Source: Zetaproteobacteria bacterium
GTDB lineage: Bacteria > Pseudomonadota > Zetaproteobacteria > Mariprofundales > Mariprofundaceae
Length of the DNA: 24,000 bases
Reading direction: 5' to 3'
Assembly (NCBI GenBank): GCA_003228735.1
Contig: QIFG01000037.1
Location: 10,811-34,810, forward strand
A program made the translations under genes and the position numbers. This document shows positions 8,112 to 17,405 of the stretch, one piece after another. The stretch's first letter is position 1; each line of letters opens with the position of its first letter. The notes under the pieces were generated by a model. That model saw only the letters and a list, made by a program, of their open reading frames with translations. It ran no database searches and was not told the DNA's origin.

Positions 8112-8204
8112 TTGAAGAAATCGGCGGCTCTGTAGTGTGATGAGAAAAACATGATGGGAACAATCATTGTCACTTATCCATAGGGCGTCAAATGTCTCGT
8201 TACC

Positions 8205-8768
8205 CTAAAACTCAAAAGCTAGTAACAAGACCAGCATCGGGCCGGAGGAGTTGATGCGACCGTCACGGGTCATGGCCAGCGCCTCCTCGCGCTTGACCCA
8301 GAACACGCGGATATCCTCATGTTCACTGTCCAGCCCGCCACCTTTGCCAACGGGTTGATCGGCATCGACTTCACTCATATACAGGAAGATACGCTCCGAG
8401 GTGCCGCCGGGGGAAACATAGTAGCTGCCGAGAGGCTTCAGCGACTTCGGCTCGTAACCCGCCTCTTCGACGCATTCGCGCCGGGCGCATTCAAGCGGGC
8501 CTTCGTCCGGATGCAGCATGCCGGCCACAACCTCGATCAGCCACGGATTGTCGTCGCGGGCCGTCGGGCCGATGCGGAACTGCTCGGTCAGCAGCACCTC
8601 GTCCCTGTCCGGGTCGTACAGCAACACGACCACGGCATCGCCGCGTTCCATGCATTCGCGCTCGACGGTGATCGCGCCGCCGTCAAAGGCATCGTGTTCG
8701 GCGCGGATCGTGTCCATCTTGAAGAAGCCGTCGTACGGCCTGGATTTGCCCAGAATCTTGTAGTCCAT
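8205..8768 (-). CDS. nudF: ADP-ribose pyrophosphatase-type Nudix hydrolase
   Basis: 187 aa with an exact Nudix box, GMLHPDEGPLECARRECVEEAGY (GX5EX7REUXEEXGU). The N-terminal YDGFFKMDTIRAEHDAFDG resembles NudF. An in-frame TAA sits immediately upstream of the ATG. Confidence 0.8.
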   Translation of the reverse strand: MDYKILGKSRPYDGFFKMDTIRAEHDAFDGGAITVERECMERGDAVVVLLYDPDRDEVLLTEQFRIGPTARDDNPWLIEVVAGMLHPDEGPLECARRECVEEAGYEPKSLKPLGSYYVSPGGTSERIFLYMSEVDADQPVGKGGGLDSEHEDIRVFWVKREEALAMTRDGRINSSGPMLVLLLAFEF

Positions 8769-9055
8769 TTAGGGTCGGTTAACACTAATTTTGGTTGTAG
8801 CGACGAGGCTATTTTTGTGTCTATGCAAGGCATTTCGAGCGTAGTGTGCTTGCTGCACATCAGCGAGAAATAACCGTGCTGCGCACAAAAATGGCCCGTC
8901 CCGCAGGGCTGCGCCCCGGCTATGCTCAAAAAGGACGAGGCCATCCATCGTTGCTTGTCGTTCATTTGGATTCACCAAACTTCTCTCCTCGCGCCTTGAC
9001 TGGTCTCATTTGGGACAGCAGCGCTTCAACTAAAATTAGTGTTAACAGGCCCTAG
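8769..9055. mobile_element. 287-bp MITE-like element with 29-nt imperfect terminal inverted repeats
   Basis: Left end 8769-8797 is TTAGGGTCGGTTAACACTAATTTTGGTTG. The reverse complement of the right end 9027-9055 is CTAGGGCCTGTTAACACTAATTTTAGTTG. That is 25/29 identical. TA dinucleotides flank the GGG..CCC core on both sides. It fills the whole murJ-nudF intergenic space. Confidence 0.7.
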
Positions 9056-10608
9056 CCCTCCGCCCTGGCCCGGAAGGACAATAACTGTTCACCAAGCAGG
9101 TGTGCGGCGGCAAAGTAGATCAGAATCCCGCCGGGCACGGATGCGGTCAGCCATGCGGCCTGCAACAGCTTGCCATCTGCCGGGAATGGCCAGAGGTATC
9201 CAAGCCCCAGCAGGAACGCGGCAAGCGGGATACAGGCCGCCGCCGCCCGGAACATGCGTTTGATGCTTTCGCTATCGAGAATGGCCTCCTGTTTCTTCAG
9301 CAGGTGATTCATCAGCAGGCCGACATTGACGAAGGATGCCATCGAGGTGGCCAGCGCCAGGCCGACATATGCCAGCTCCCACATCAGCATCAGGGCAAGG
9401 CCGATATTGGCTGCCACACTGATAGCGGCAAAGCGGGCCGGGGCTCTGGCGTCCTGCTGCGCATAACAGGCTGTGGCCAGCACACGCGCCCAGCAGTAGG
9501 CGATCAACCCCAGACTCAGGGCCTGGACGGTATGGGCTGTGGCCTGGCTGGCTTCGTTCGTGAATTTGCCGTGCTCGAACAGTGTGATGATGATGGGCTC
9601 GGCGATAAGCATGATGCCGAGAGTGGCCGGCAGCGTGATCCAGGTCAGCCAGGCCAGCCCCGAGCTTAAATCCTTCCTGGCCCCGTGCTTATCCTTGTTG
9701 GCAAAGTGGTCGGACAGGCTTGGCAACAGGGCCGTGCCCATGGCGATGCCGAACAGGCCGAGCGGCAACTGTACGATGCGGTCGGCGTAATACAGATACG
9801 AGACCGCACCGACCGGCAGCAGGGTGGCCAGTATGGTGCCGACCAGGATATTGATCTGTACGGCGGCTACGGCCAGGGCAGCCGGCCCGAACAGGCTCAA
9901 GGTCTTTATAACCGCAGGAAACTTTGGCCTGAATGTCAATTTTGGAATCCAGCCTATGCGCTTTAAGGCCGGGAACTGGATGCCGAGTTGCAGCACGCCG
10001 CCGATCAATACGCCGATGGCCAGAGCCAACGCCGGATTTTCAAAGCCGGGAGCCAGCACGACGGCGGCAAAGATCAGCGCGACATTCAGCAGCGCAGGAC
10101 TGGCGGCAGCCACGGCGAACCGGCGGTAGCTGTTGAGCACGGCCCAGGCCATGGCGGCAAGCGAGATCATGGCCATATAAGGAAACATCCAGCGCGCCAG
10201 AAGCAGGGTCTGGTTCCAGCGTTCCGGCTCATCGTGAAAGCCCGGCGCAAATACGAGCAGCAGGGCCGGCATGAAGATCATGCCGAGCAGGGTAAAAACC
10301 AGTAGCGTGGCCAGCAGCAGGCCGGCCAGGGCGTTGAGGAAAGCGTGCGCATCTTCCTCGCTTTTCTTGCGTTCCCCGGTTAGCACCGGCACCAGAGCCA
10401 CCGTCAGCGCGCCTTCGGCGAACATGCGGCGGAAGAAGTTGGGCAGCTTGAAGGCGACGAAAAAGGCATCGGCCAGAATTCCTGCGCCAAGCACGCGCGC
10501 CAGCAGGATATCGCGCACGAAACCGAGCAGGCGCGAAGCGAGCGTCCAGCTGCCGACGGCGCCCGCCGTTTTAAGCAGCTTATTTGACTTGTCTGGCTTC
10601 GTATTCAT
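9052..10608 (-). CDS. murJ: lipid II flippase MurJ (MviN)
   Basis: ORF 9052..10647. It is a polytopic membrane protein with the MurJ N-terminus SWTLASRLLGFVRDILLARVLGAG..DAFFVAFKLPNFFRR. The likely start is ATG 10608 (MNTKPDKSNK..). The stop codon lies inside the right TIR of the MITE. Confidence 0.9.
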   Translation of the reverse strand: MNTKPDKSNKLLKTAGAVGSWTLASRLLGFVRDILLARVLGAGILADAFFVAFKLPNFFRRMFAEGALTVALVPVLTGERKKSEEDAHAFLNALAGLLLATLLVFTLLGMIFMPALLLVFAPGFHDEPERWNQTLLLARWMFPYMAMISLAAMAWAVLNSYRRFAVAAASPALLNVALIFAAVVLAPGFENPALALAIGVLIGGVLQLGIQFPALKRIGWIPKLTFRPKFPAVIKTLSLFGPAALAVAAVQINILVGTILATLLPVGAVSYLYYADRIVQLPLGLFGIAMGTALLPSLSDHFANKDKHGARKDLSSGLAWLTWITLPATLGIMLIAEPIIITLFEHGKFTNEASQATAHTVQALSLGLIAYCWARVLATACYAQQDARAPARFAAISVAANIGLALMLMWELAYVGLALATSMASFVNVGLLMNHLLKKQEAILDSESIKRMFRAAAACIPLAAFLLGLGYLWPFPADGKLLQAAWLTASVPGGILIYFAAAHLLGEQLLSFRARAEG

Positions 10609-10676
10609 AATTCGCGCCCTTTTGCCGTAGCGGGAGCATACCTGCATGCGAGTAAACCGGAAGGGGGTGATGTTTT

Positions 10677-10892
10677 TTGCCTGGATTAAGAGTGAATCCT
10701 GACGAGCCGTTCGAGTTCGTGCTGAAGCGTTTCCGCAAGCAAGTGGAGCGTGGTGGCGTGATCAGCGAATGCCGCCGTCGTGAGGCCTATGAAAAGCCTT
10801 CAATCAAGGCAAAACGCAAGGCCGCCGCCGCCCGGAAACGCCTGATGAAGCGTCTGCGCCGCATACGTATGCGGGAATCGCGCGAGTATTAG
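10677..10892 (+). CDS. rpsU: 30S ribosomal protein S21
   Basis: (M)PGLRVNPDEPFEFVLKRFRKQVERGGVISECRRREAYEKPS aligns with S21 from residue 1. The codon before Pro2 is TTG (10677), preceded by AGGGGGTGA. This makes it a TTG-initiated gene. Confidence 0.92.
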   Translation: MPGLRVNPDEPFEFVLKRFRKQVERGGVISECRRREAYEKPSIKAKRKAAAARKRLMKRLRRIRMRESREY

Positions 10893-10913
10893 GCGTATTG
10901 GCGAGTAACCAAG

Positions 10914-10947
10914 AATGCCGGGTCTGATGGCCCGGCATTTTTTGTTT
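10914..10947 (+). terminator. rho-independent terminator/attenuator after rpsU
   Basis: A 9-bp stem, AATGCCGGG (10914-10922) with CCCGGCATT (10931-10939), has an 8-nt loop and runs into a T-tract (to ~10947). An equivalent terminator between rpsU and dnaG is known in the E. coli operon. Confidence 0.8.
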
Positions 10948-10972
10948 CAGCTTTTTTTACAAGGGGGAAACA

Positions 10973-11422
10973 ATGATATTGGTTGATCGTATTGTCGAGG
11001 ACATGAAAGCTGCCATGAAGGCCGGCGACAGGCTCCGGCTTAGCGCCATCCGCATGCTCAGGGCTGCCATCAAGGATAAGGAAATCGAGCTTGGCCACAG
11101 CCTTTCCGATGACGAGGTCTTTGCCCTGATCGCAAAGCTCGTCAAGCAGCGCAAGGATGCCGCCAGCCAGTATGCCGAGGCAGGCAGAAACGAGCTTGAG
11201 GCCAAGGAACTGGATGAGGCGAAAATCTACCAGGCCTATCTGCCCGCGCAGCTTTCCGATGACGAGGTTGCAGCGCTGGTGGCGGAGGCGATTGAACAAA
11301 CCGGAGCTGCCGGCATCCGCGATATGGGCAAGGTGATGGGTGCCTTGAAGCCCAAGGTGCAGGGGCGGGCTGATATGGGCAAGCTGTCCGGCATGGTCAA
11401 GGCGCAGCTTTCCGCCGCCTGA
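10973..11422 (+). CDS. yqeY: GatB/YqeY domain protein
   Basis: 149 aa. MILVDRIVEDMKAAMKAGDRLRLSAIRMLRAAIKDKEIE is the typical YqeY N-terminus. AGGGGGA Shine-Dalgarno upstream. Confidence 0.85.
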   Translation: MILVDRIVEDMKAAMKAGDRLRLSAIRMLRAAIKDKEIELGHSLSDDEVFALIAKLVKQRKDAASQYAEAGRNELEAKELDEAKIYQAYLPAQLSDDEVAALVAEAIEQTGAAGIRDMGKVMGALKPKVQGRADMGKLSGMVKAQLSAA

Positions 11423-11463
11423 CTTGCGAATCGCCAAATTGTTAACTACACCTATTATCATAA

Positions 11464-13156
11464 ATGGCTAATTTTACTCCGGCGTTTCTGGACGAGGTGC
11501 TGGCGCGTACCGACATTGTAGAGATCATTGCCCGTCATGTTGAACTGAAAAAGGCCGGTTCCAATATGATGGGCCTGTGCCCGTTTCATCATGAAAAGAC
11601 GCCGTCCTTTTCGGTATCGCCCGACAAGCAGTTGTACTATTGCTTTGGTTGTGGCAAGGGCGGCGGCGCCTTCCAGTTTCTGACCGAGCACGACGGTTAT
11701 TCTTTTCCGGAGGCGGTCGAATACCTGGCTGAAAAGGCCGGTCTGGAAGTGCCCAAGGATGATGCCCGGCCGGGCGATGAACAGCGGCGCCAACACGCCC
11801 GGGAGCTTTTGGCCAAAGTGGCTGAGACCTTCGCCAAGGCTCTGGCTTCCGGCAAGGGGAAAACTGCGCGCGACTACATCGAAAACCGTGGCCTGCCGGA
11901 AAATATCGTAAGCGACTACAAGCTGGGTTTTGCACCGGGCGGCTACGGCTTTATGGAGCAGTGCTTCGGGAAAGATCAGCGCACATTGGCGCAACTGGAA
12001 GCGGTCGGCCTGCTGTTCAAGAATGATCGCGGCAGCTACGGCGACAGGTTTCGGGACAGGCTTGTGTTTCCGATTCGCGACCGCCGCGGCCATGTGGTCG
12101 GCTTCGGGGGACGGCTGCTCGCTGAGGGCGAGCCCAAATACCTGAATTCACCCGAAACACCGTATTTCCACAAAGCCGATTTGCTGTACGGCTTTTCCGA
12201 ACACCGCGACCATATCCGCAAGCGCAAGCAGTTGTTGATTGTCGAGGGCTATATGGATGTGCTGATGCTGGCGGCGCATGAATTGCCGATTGCGCTGGCG
12301 CCGCTGGGCACAGCCATCGGTGAACGCCAGATTCGCGAAATCTTCCGGCTTTCTGACAGCCCGGTATTCTGCTTCGATGGCGACAAGGCCGGCCGTCAGG
12401 CTGCCTGGCGTGCCCTGGAGCGCATGCTGCCGCTGTTAACAAGCGAGTTGTCACCGAGCTTTTTGTACCTGCCCGAAGGCGAGGATCCGGATTCGCTTGT
12501 TCAGAAGGTTGGCGCAGATGGTTTCGTGCAGGAGATGACACAGGCTCGGCCGGTGCTGGAAACATGGTTGAAAGGATTGAAGAACCTGGCTGGTCAGGGA
12601 GCGGAGGGACGCGCCCGCATGGCGAAAAAGGCCGATCAGATGTTGTCGCAGATGAACGACGCCTACCTTCGGCAGGCTTGGCGGCAGGAGGTAGAAAAGG
12701 CGACCGGTATCAAGCTGCAAACAGCACAGGAGCAGCCTCAGGAGAGAAAAGCCAGCCAGCGGCAGGGCGACAATCTGGAGGAAAAATTCCTGGCTGCGCT
12801 CATCCAGAATCCGAAGCGTTTCAAGGATTTACCGGGAGATGCGAGGCAGATTTTACTTGACGCCGGAAGGCTTTTTGAGGTATACACGCGCGCTTTTGAC
12901 CATTCCGATCAGCAGGCAGACGTCATCATCAAGCGATTGATCAGGGATTTCCCTGATGATGAGCAGCGGATTTCACGATGGGCAAACGAAACGGCTATCA
13001 ACGATTCTGATTTCTCCGACCTGCTCCTGGCAGTACAGGTGAACACGCTACGCCGACGCATTGATCAGACGCATGGCAACGTGATGGAAATGGTGGGGCT
13101 GAAGCAGCAACTCGAAAAATTGAAGTCTGAGCAACTTCGCAGGAGTAGAAGCGCAC

Positions 13157-13173
<17 letters not shown>
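11464..13173 (+). CDS. dnaG: DNA primase
   Basis: 569 aa. Zinc ribbon [35 protein letters not shown] region [17 protein letters not shown]. Position between rpsU/yqeY and rpoD. Confidence 0.95.
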
Positions 13174-15097
<1,924 letters not shown>

Positions 15098-15153
15098 GGG
15101 CGTGAGGCCGGGGTGAGCCGGCTACGATATTACAATAGGGCTTTCCTCATTTC

Positions 15154-15954
15154 TTACTTTTCGCTGGGTGGCACATGGATGCGCTTGATCGATATCGCCC
15201 GGCGGTTGTCTGTTTGCACCTGCACCAGCGTGGCGAAGATGCTGCCGCCGCGTTCCACCGGCTCGAAGCGCCTCGGCATCTTCTGAATCATACGGTATAG
15301 CGCACCTTCCACCTGCATGCCAATGATGGACTGGTACGATCCTGTCATGCCGACATCGGTCTGATAGGCTGTGCCTCCCGGCAGAATGGTTTCGTCACAG
15401 GTCGGGATATGCGTGTGCGTACCGAAAACAAAAGAGGCCCGACCGTCCAGCAGCCATCCCATGCCCACCTTTTCACTGCTGGCCTCGCCATGCATGTCTA
15501 CCAGAATGGCGGCGACATCCTCCGGAATTTCTTCAAGCACGCGTTCGACAGCGGCAAACGGGCTGTCCCAGGGTCCCATGAAGACTTGACCGATCAGGTT
15601 GATAACCGCCACTTTATGACCGGCTGCTGTCTGCTGAATGGTCCAGCCTCGGCCCGGCGCCTCGGCTGAAAAGTTCTGTGGCCGGATCAGGCGATCGTCC
15701 TCTTCCATGCGCGGGATGATGTCGCGCTTGTCCCAGCAATGATTACCATTGGTGAGCACATCAATTCCCATGTTCAGTATTTCATCCACAATTTTATCCG
15801 TCATGCCGAAGCCGGCAGCAAGATTTTCTCCATTTGCAACGACAAAATCGACAGCGTGTCTGTCAATCAGACGCGGCAGGTGATCCTTCAATGCCCGCCT
15901 GCCTGCTCTACCGACGATATCGCCGATAACCAGAATGCTGATTACTTCGGGCAT
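15154..15954 (-). CDS. YmdB-like metallophosphoesterase (TIGR00282-type)
   Basis: 266 aa. ILVIGDIVGRAGRRAL..VVANGENLAAGFGMT..NHCWD..GTHTHIPT are calcineurin-fold metal-ligand blocks in YmdB order. The start overlaps the upstream gene's stop by 13 nt. Confidence 0.8.
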   Translation of the reverse strand: MPEVISILVIGDIVGRAGRRALKDHLPRLIDRHAVDFVVANGENLAAGFGMTDKIVDEILNMGIDVLTNGNHCWDKRDIIPRMEEDDRLIRPQNFSAEAPGRGWTIQQTAAGHKVAVINLIGQVFMGPWDSPFAAVERVLEEIPEDVAAILVDMHGEASSEKVGMGWLLDGRASFVFGTHTHIPTCDETILPGGTAYQTDVGMTGSYQSIIGMQVEGALYRMIQKMPRRFEPVERGGSIFATLVQVQTDNRRAISIKRIHVPPSEK

Positions 15955-16508
15955 CGAATGGACTCATCTTCCGTAAAGATGATCTGCATGGGGACATCAT
16001 GCTCATCGCTGGGAATCTCCGCCACCTCCTGGCAGGAGAAAGCCAGGCCCACAATGCTGTGCAGGTGACTGCCGGAATGCGCCAGCCAGCGATCGAAGCA
16101 GCCTCGCCCCAGCCCTAAGCGGTTCCCCTGCCGGTCGAAGCCGGCCATGGGGCAGATAAGCATCGTTGGGCCGCAATCCGGTGTCCAGAGGCGTCCCGTT
16201 TCCGGTTCATCCACGCCAAAGTCACCTTTCTTCCAGTCTGTTTCAGGCGTTATTTCATGCCACTGCATATGGCCGCTGATGTGTGTTACGGGTGAGAAAA
16301 TCGTCTGGGATACCTGTTGAAACAAGGCATGCGTATCCACCTCATTGGCCAGCGAACGGTAGAGCAGGAGATTTGTAACGGCGCCGTTATCGTGCAGGTG
16401 TTTCAACAGCCTTTCTTGGATGGCCTGCGAATGTCTGAGCTGCTGGCTTTGAGGCAGGCCGCGCCGGGCATTGAGCACTTGCTGGCGAAGGTTCTGCTTA
16501 TCAGACAT
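15942..16508 (-). CDS. ygfA: 5-formyltetrahydrofolate cyclo-ligase
   Basis: ORF 15942..16568. The family-like N-terminus begins at ATG 16508 (MSDKQNLRQQVLNARRGL). The longer form would run into the 6S RNA. Position downstream of zapA-ssrS matches the conserved zapA-ssrS-ygfA arrangement. Confidence 0.82.
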   Translation of the reverse strand: MSDKQNLRQQVLNARRGLPQSQQLRHSQAIQERLLKHLHDNGAVTNLLLYRSLANEVDTHALFQQVSQTIFSPVTHISGHMQWHEITPETDWKKGDFGVDEPETGRLWTPDCGPTMLICPMAGFDRQGNRLGLGRGCFDRWLAHSGSHLHSIVGLAFSCQEVAEIPSDEHDVPMQIIFTEDESIRCPK

Positions 16509-16533
16509 GTTGAAAAAGATGTGCAGGGAGGCT

Positions 16534-16725
16534 AAAAAAAGAGCACTCCCGCGCTGGCGAAGCGGCACAAAGTTGTCGAACCCTCACAATGAGGTGGGCG
16601 CCGCATCCTTGCATCAGGTATCCCGGAAAACGGGACGCACACAACAAAGATAGAAAAGCTCCCATTCGACAGATATCGGCTCTGGCAACTATAACTGCCA
16701 ATCGCTCAGCGCAGGAGCGCTTTCG
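16534..16725 (-). ncRNA. ssrS: 6S RNA (ends approximate, +/-10 nt)
   Basis: It lies in the conserved slot between zapA and ygfA. The minus strand carries GCCAGAGCCGAUAUCUG (compare E. coli CCUGAGCCGAUAUUU) and GAGGGUUCGACA. A long-range closing stem pairs the transcript segments encoded at ~16702-16723 (5' arm) and ~16538-16559 (3' arm). Internal hairpins are CCCG-uuuuc-CGGG and CCUCA-uug-UGAGG. The 3' end is a U-run (plus-strand A-run 16534-16540). Confidence 0.78.
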
Positions 16726-16999
16726 CTAAACCTTCTGCTTGTAAGACTACATCATCCAGAGCAGAGAGCAAAGTGTCCGCACCCTCGATCTGCGTGCCTT
16801 GCCTGGTGAGGATTTCGCCGGCCAGATTCAGGGCCGCCAGCGCCAGAAGCCTGTCCGAGGCCACGGCCGATCCCAGTTGGTGCAGTTCATCCAGTTTGTC
16901 CTGCACCAGTTTGGCGGCGGCCAATACCTGTTCGGGGTTGTCCTGGGTGCGGATCGTCAGGGTTCGCCCCAGCAGCGTCACATCAACGGAATGAGTCAC
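16706..16999 (-). CDS. zapA: cell division protein ZapA
   Basis: 97 aa. VDVTLLGRTLTIRTQDNPEQVLAAAKLVQDKLDEL is the typical ZapA N-terminal domain, followed by a coiled-coil tail. GTG start, with a GTGA overlap onto the upstream gene's stop. Confidence 0.88.
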   Translation of the reverse strand: MTHSVDVTLLGRTLTIRTQDNPEQVLAAAKLVQDKLDELHQLGSAVASDRLLALAALNLAGEILTRQGTQIEGADTLLSALDDVVLQAEGLAKALLR

Positions 17000-17280
17000 G
17001 AGGCAGCCCTGCTGATATTGGCAATGAGTTCATCAACCTTGCCGATGGTTTGCTCTACTTTTTCTTTGGCCGCGGCGCGTGCGTCCTTGATGGATTTAGA
17101 GGTTGTTTCCAGATTCTGCACCTGGTCGCGGCGGTTGCGCAGTTCGCTCTCAGCCAAACGCACGACTTCACGCAGACGCTGATTTTCAGCCATCAGGCCT
17201 TCCATATTGCGCCGGATTTCCGACAGTAAATTGCTTAGGGTATCAATTCGTTGTTGGAGTTCTTCCTGCATGTGGAGCAT
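16996..17280 (-). CDS. ZapB-like coiled-coil protein (TIGR02449-type, usual partner upstream of zapA)
   Basis: ORF 16996..17307 starts at a TTG. The likely start is ATG 17280 or 17271. The protein is all heptad-like coiled coil with the AENQRLREV core, and it is translationally coupled to zapA. Confidence 0.6.
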   Translation of the reverse strand: MLHMQEELQQRIDTLSNLLSEIRRNMEGLMAENQRLREVVRLAESELRNRRDQVQNLETTSKSIKDARAAAKEKVEQTIGKVDELIANISRAAS

Positions 17281-17332
17281 TGAAACATTGCCTTGTGTTG
17301 TGGTCAACCGTGTCTGAGAAACGCGGGTAGTC

Positions 17333-17402
17333 TAGTGTCCTATCCCGCATTGGCTCCTTGGGATGACTCTGATGGCTCGCGAATTTGCGGGATAGGGCAC
17401 TA
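17333..17402. repeat. long inverted repeat (17-bp arms, 36-nt spacer) between ccdA and the zapB-like gene
   Basis: Arms 17333-17349 (TAGTGTCCTATCCCGCA) and 17386-17402 (TGCGGGATAGGGCACTA) are complementary at 16/17 positions. The odd pair is a G-U wobble only in a plus-strand transcript. The repeat starts 3 nt from the ccdA stop. No U-tract. Confidence 0.5.
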
Positions 17403-17405
17403 TGC

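Larger units (their letters stand above)
6502..8204. mobile_element. low-GC restriction-modification islet between convergent bioD and nudF (no integrase or transposase seen)
   Basis: Hand counts of 60-nt lines gave 24/60 and 26/60 G+C inside the islet, against 37/60 in bioC. It contains only the M and R genes. TCCATAGG occurs at both borders (6495-6502 and 8177-8184). Confidence 0.6.

Noticed and set aside
8163-8191. Possible sigma-70 promoter for the RM operon (minus strand TTGACG, 17-nt spacer, AATGAT)
   Set aside because: The -10 matches only 4/6 and there is no supporting evidence. It is noted as a hypothesis and not reported as a feature.
8319-8873. 184-aa plus-strand ORF
   Set aside because: It is antisense to nudF, which carries an exact Nudix box. 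No motifs.
8846-9055. 69-aa plus-strand ORF inside the MITE ending ..KISVNRP
   Set aside because: It is a mirror image of the minus-strand ORF, created because both read through the inverted repeats. It has no Shine-Dalgarno, and no gene lies downstream on this strand. The shared KISVNRP tail is a DNA-repeat artefact, not protein homology.
10889-12093. 190-aa and 211-aa minus-strand ORFs (10889..11461 and 11458..12093)
   Set aside because: They are antisense to the well-supported yqeY and dnaG genes. They have no recognisable domains and look like GC-rich frame artefacts.
15107-15122. Small hairpin GCCGG-ggtgag-CCGGC between convergent rpoD and the ymdB-like gene
   Set aside because: The stem is only 5-6 bp with no U-tract on either strand, which is too weak to call a terminator.
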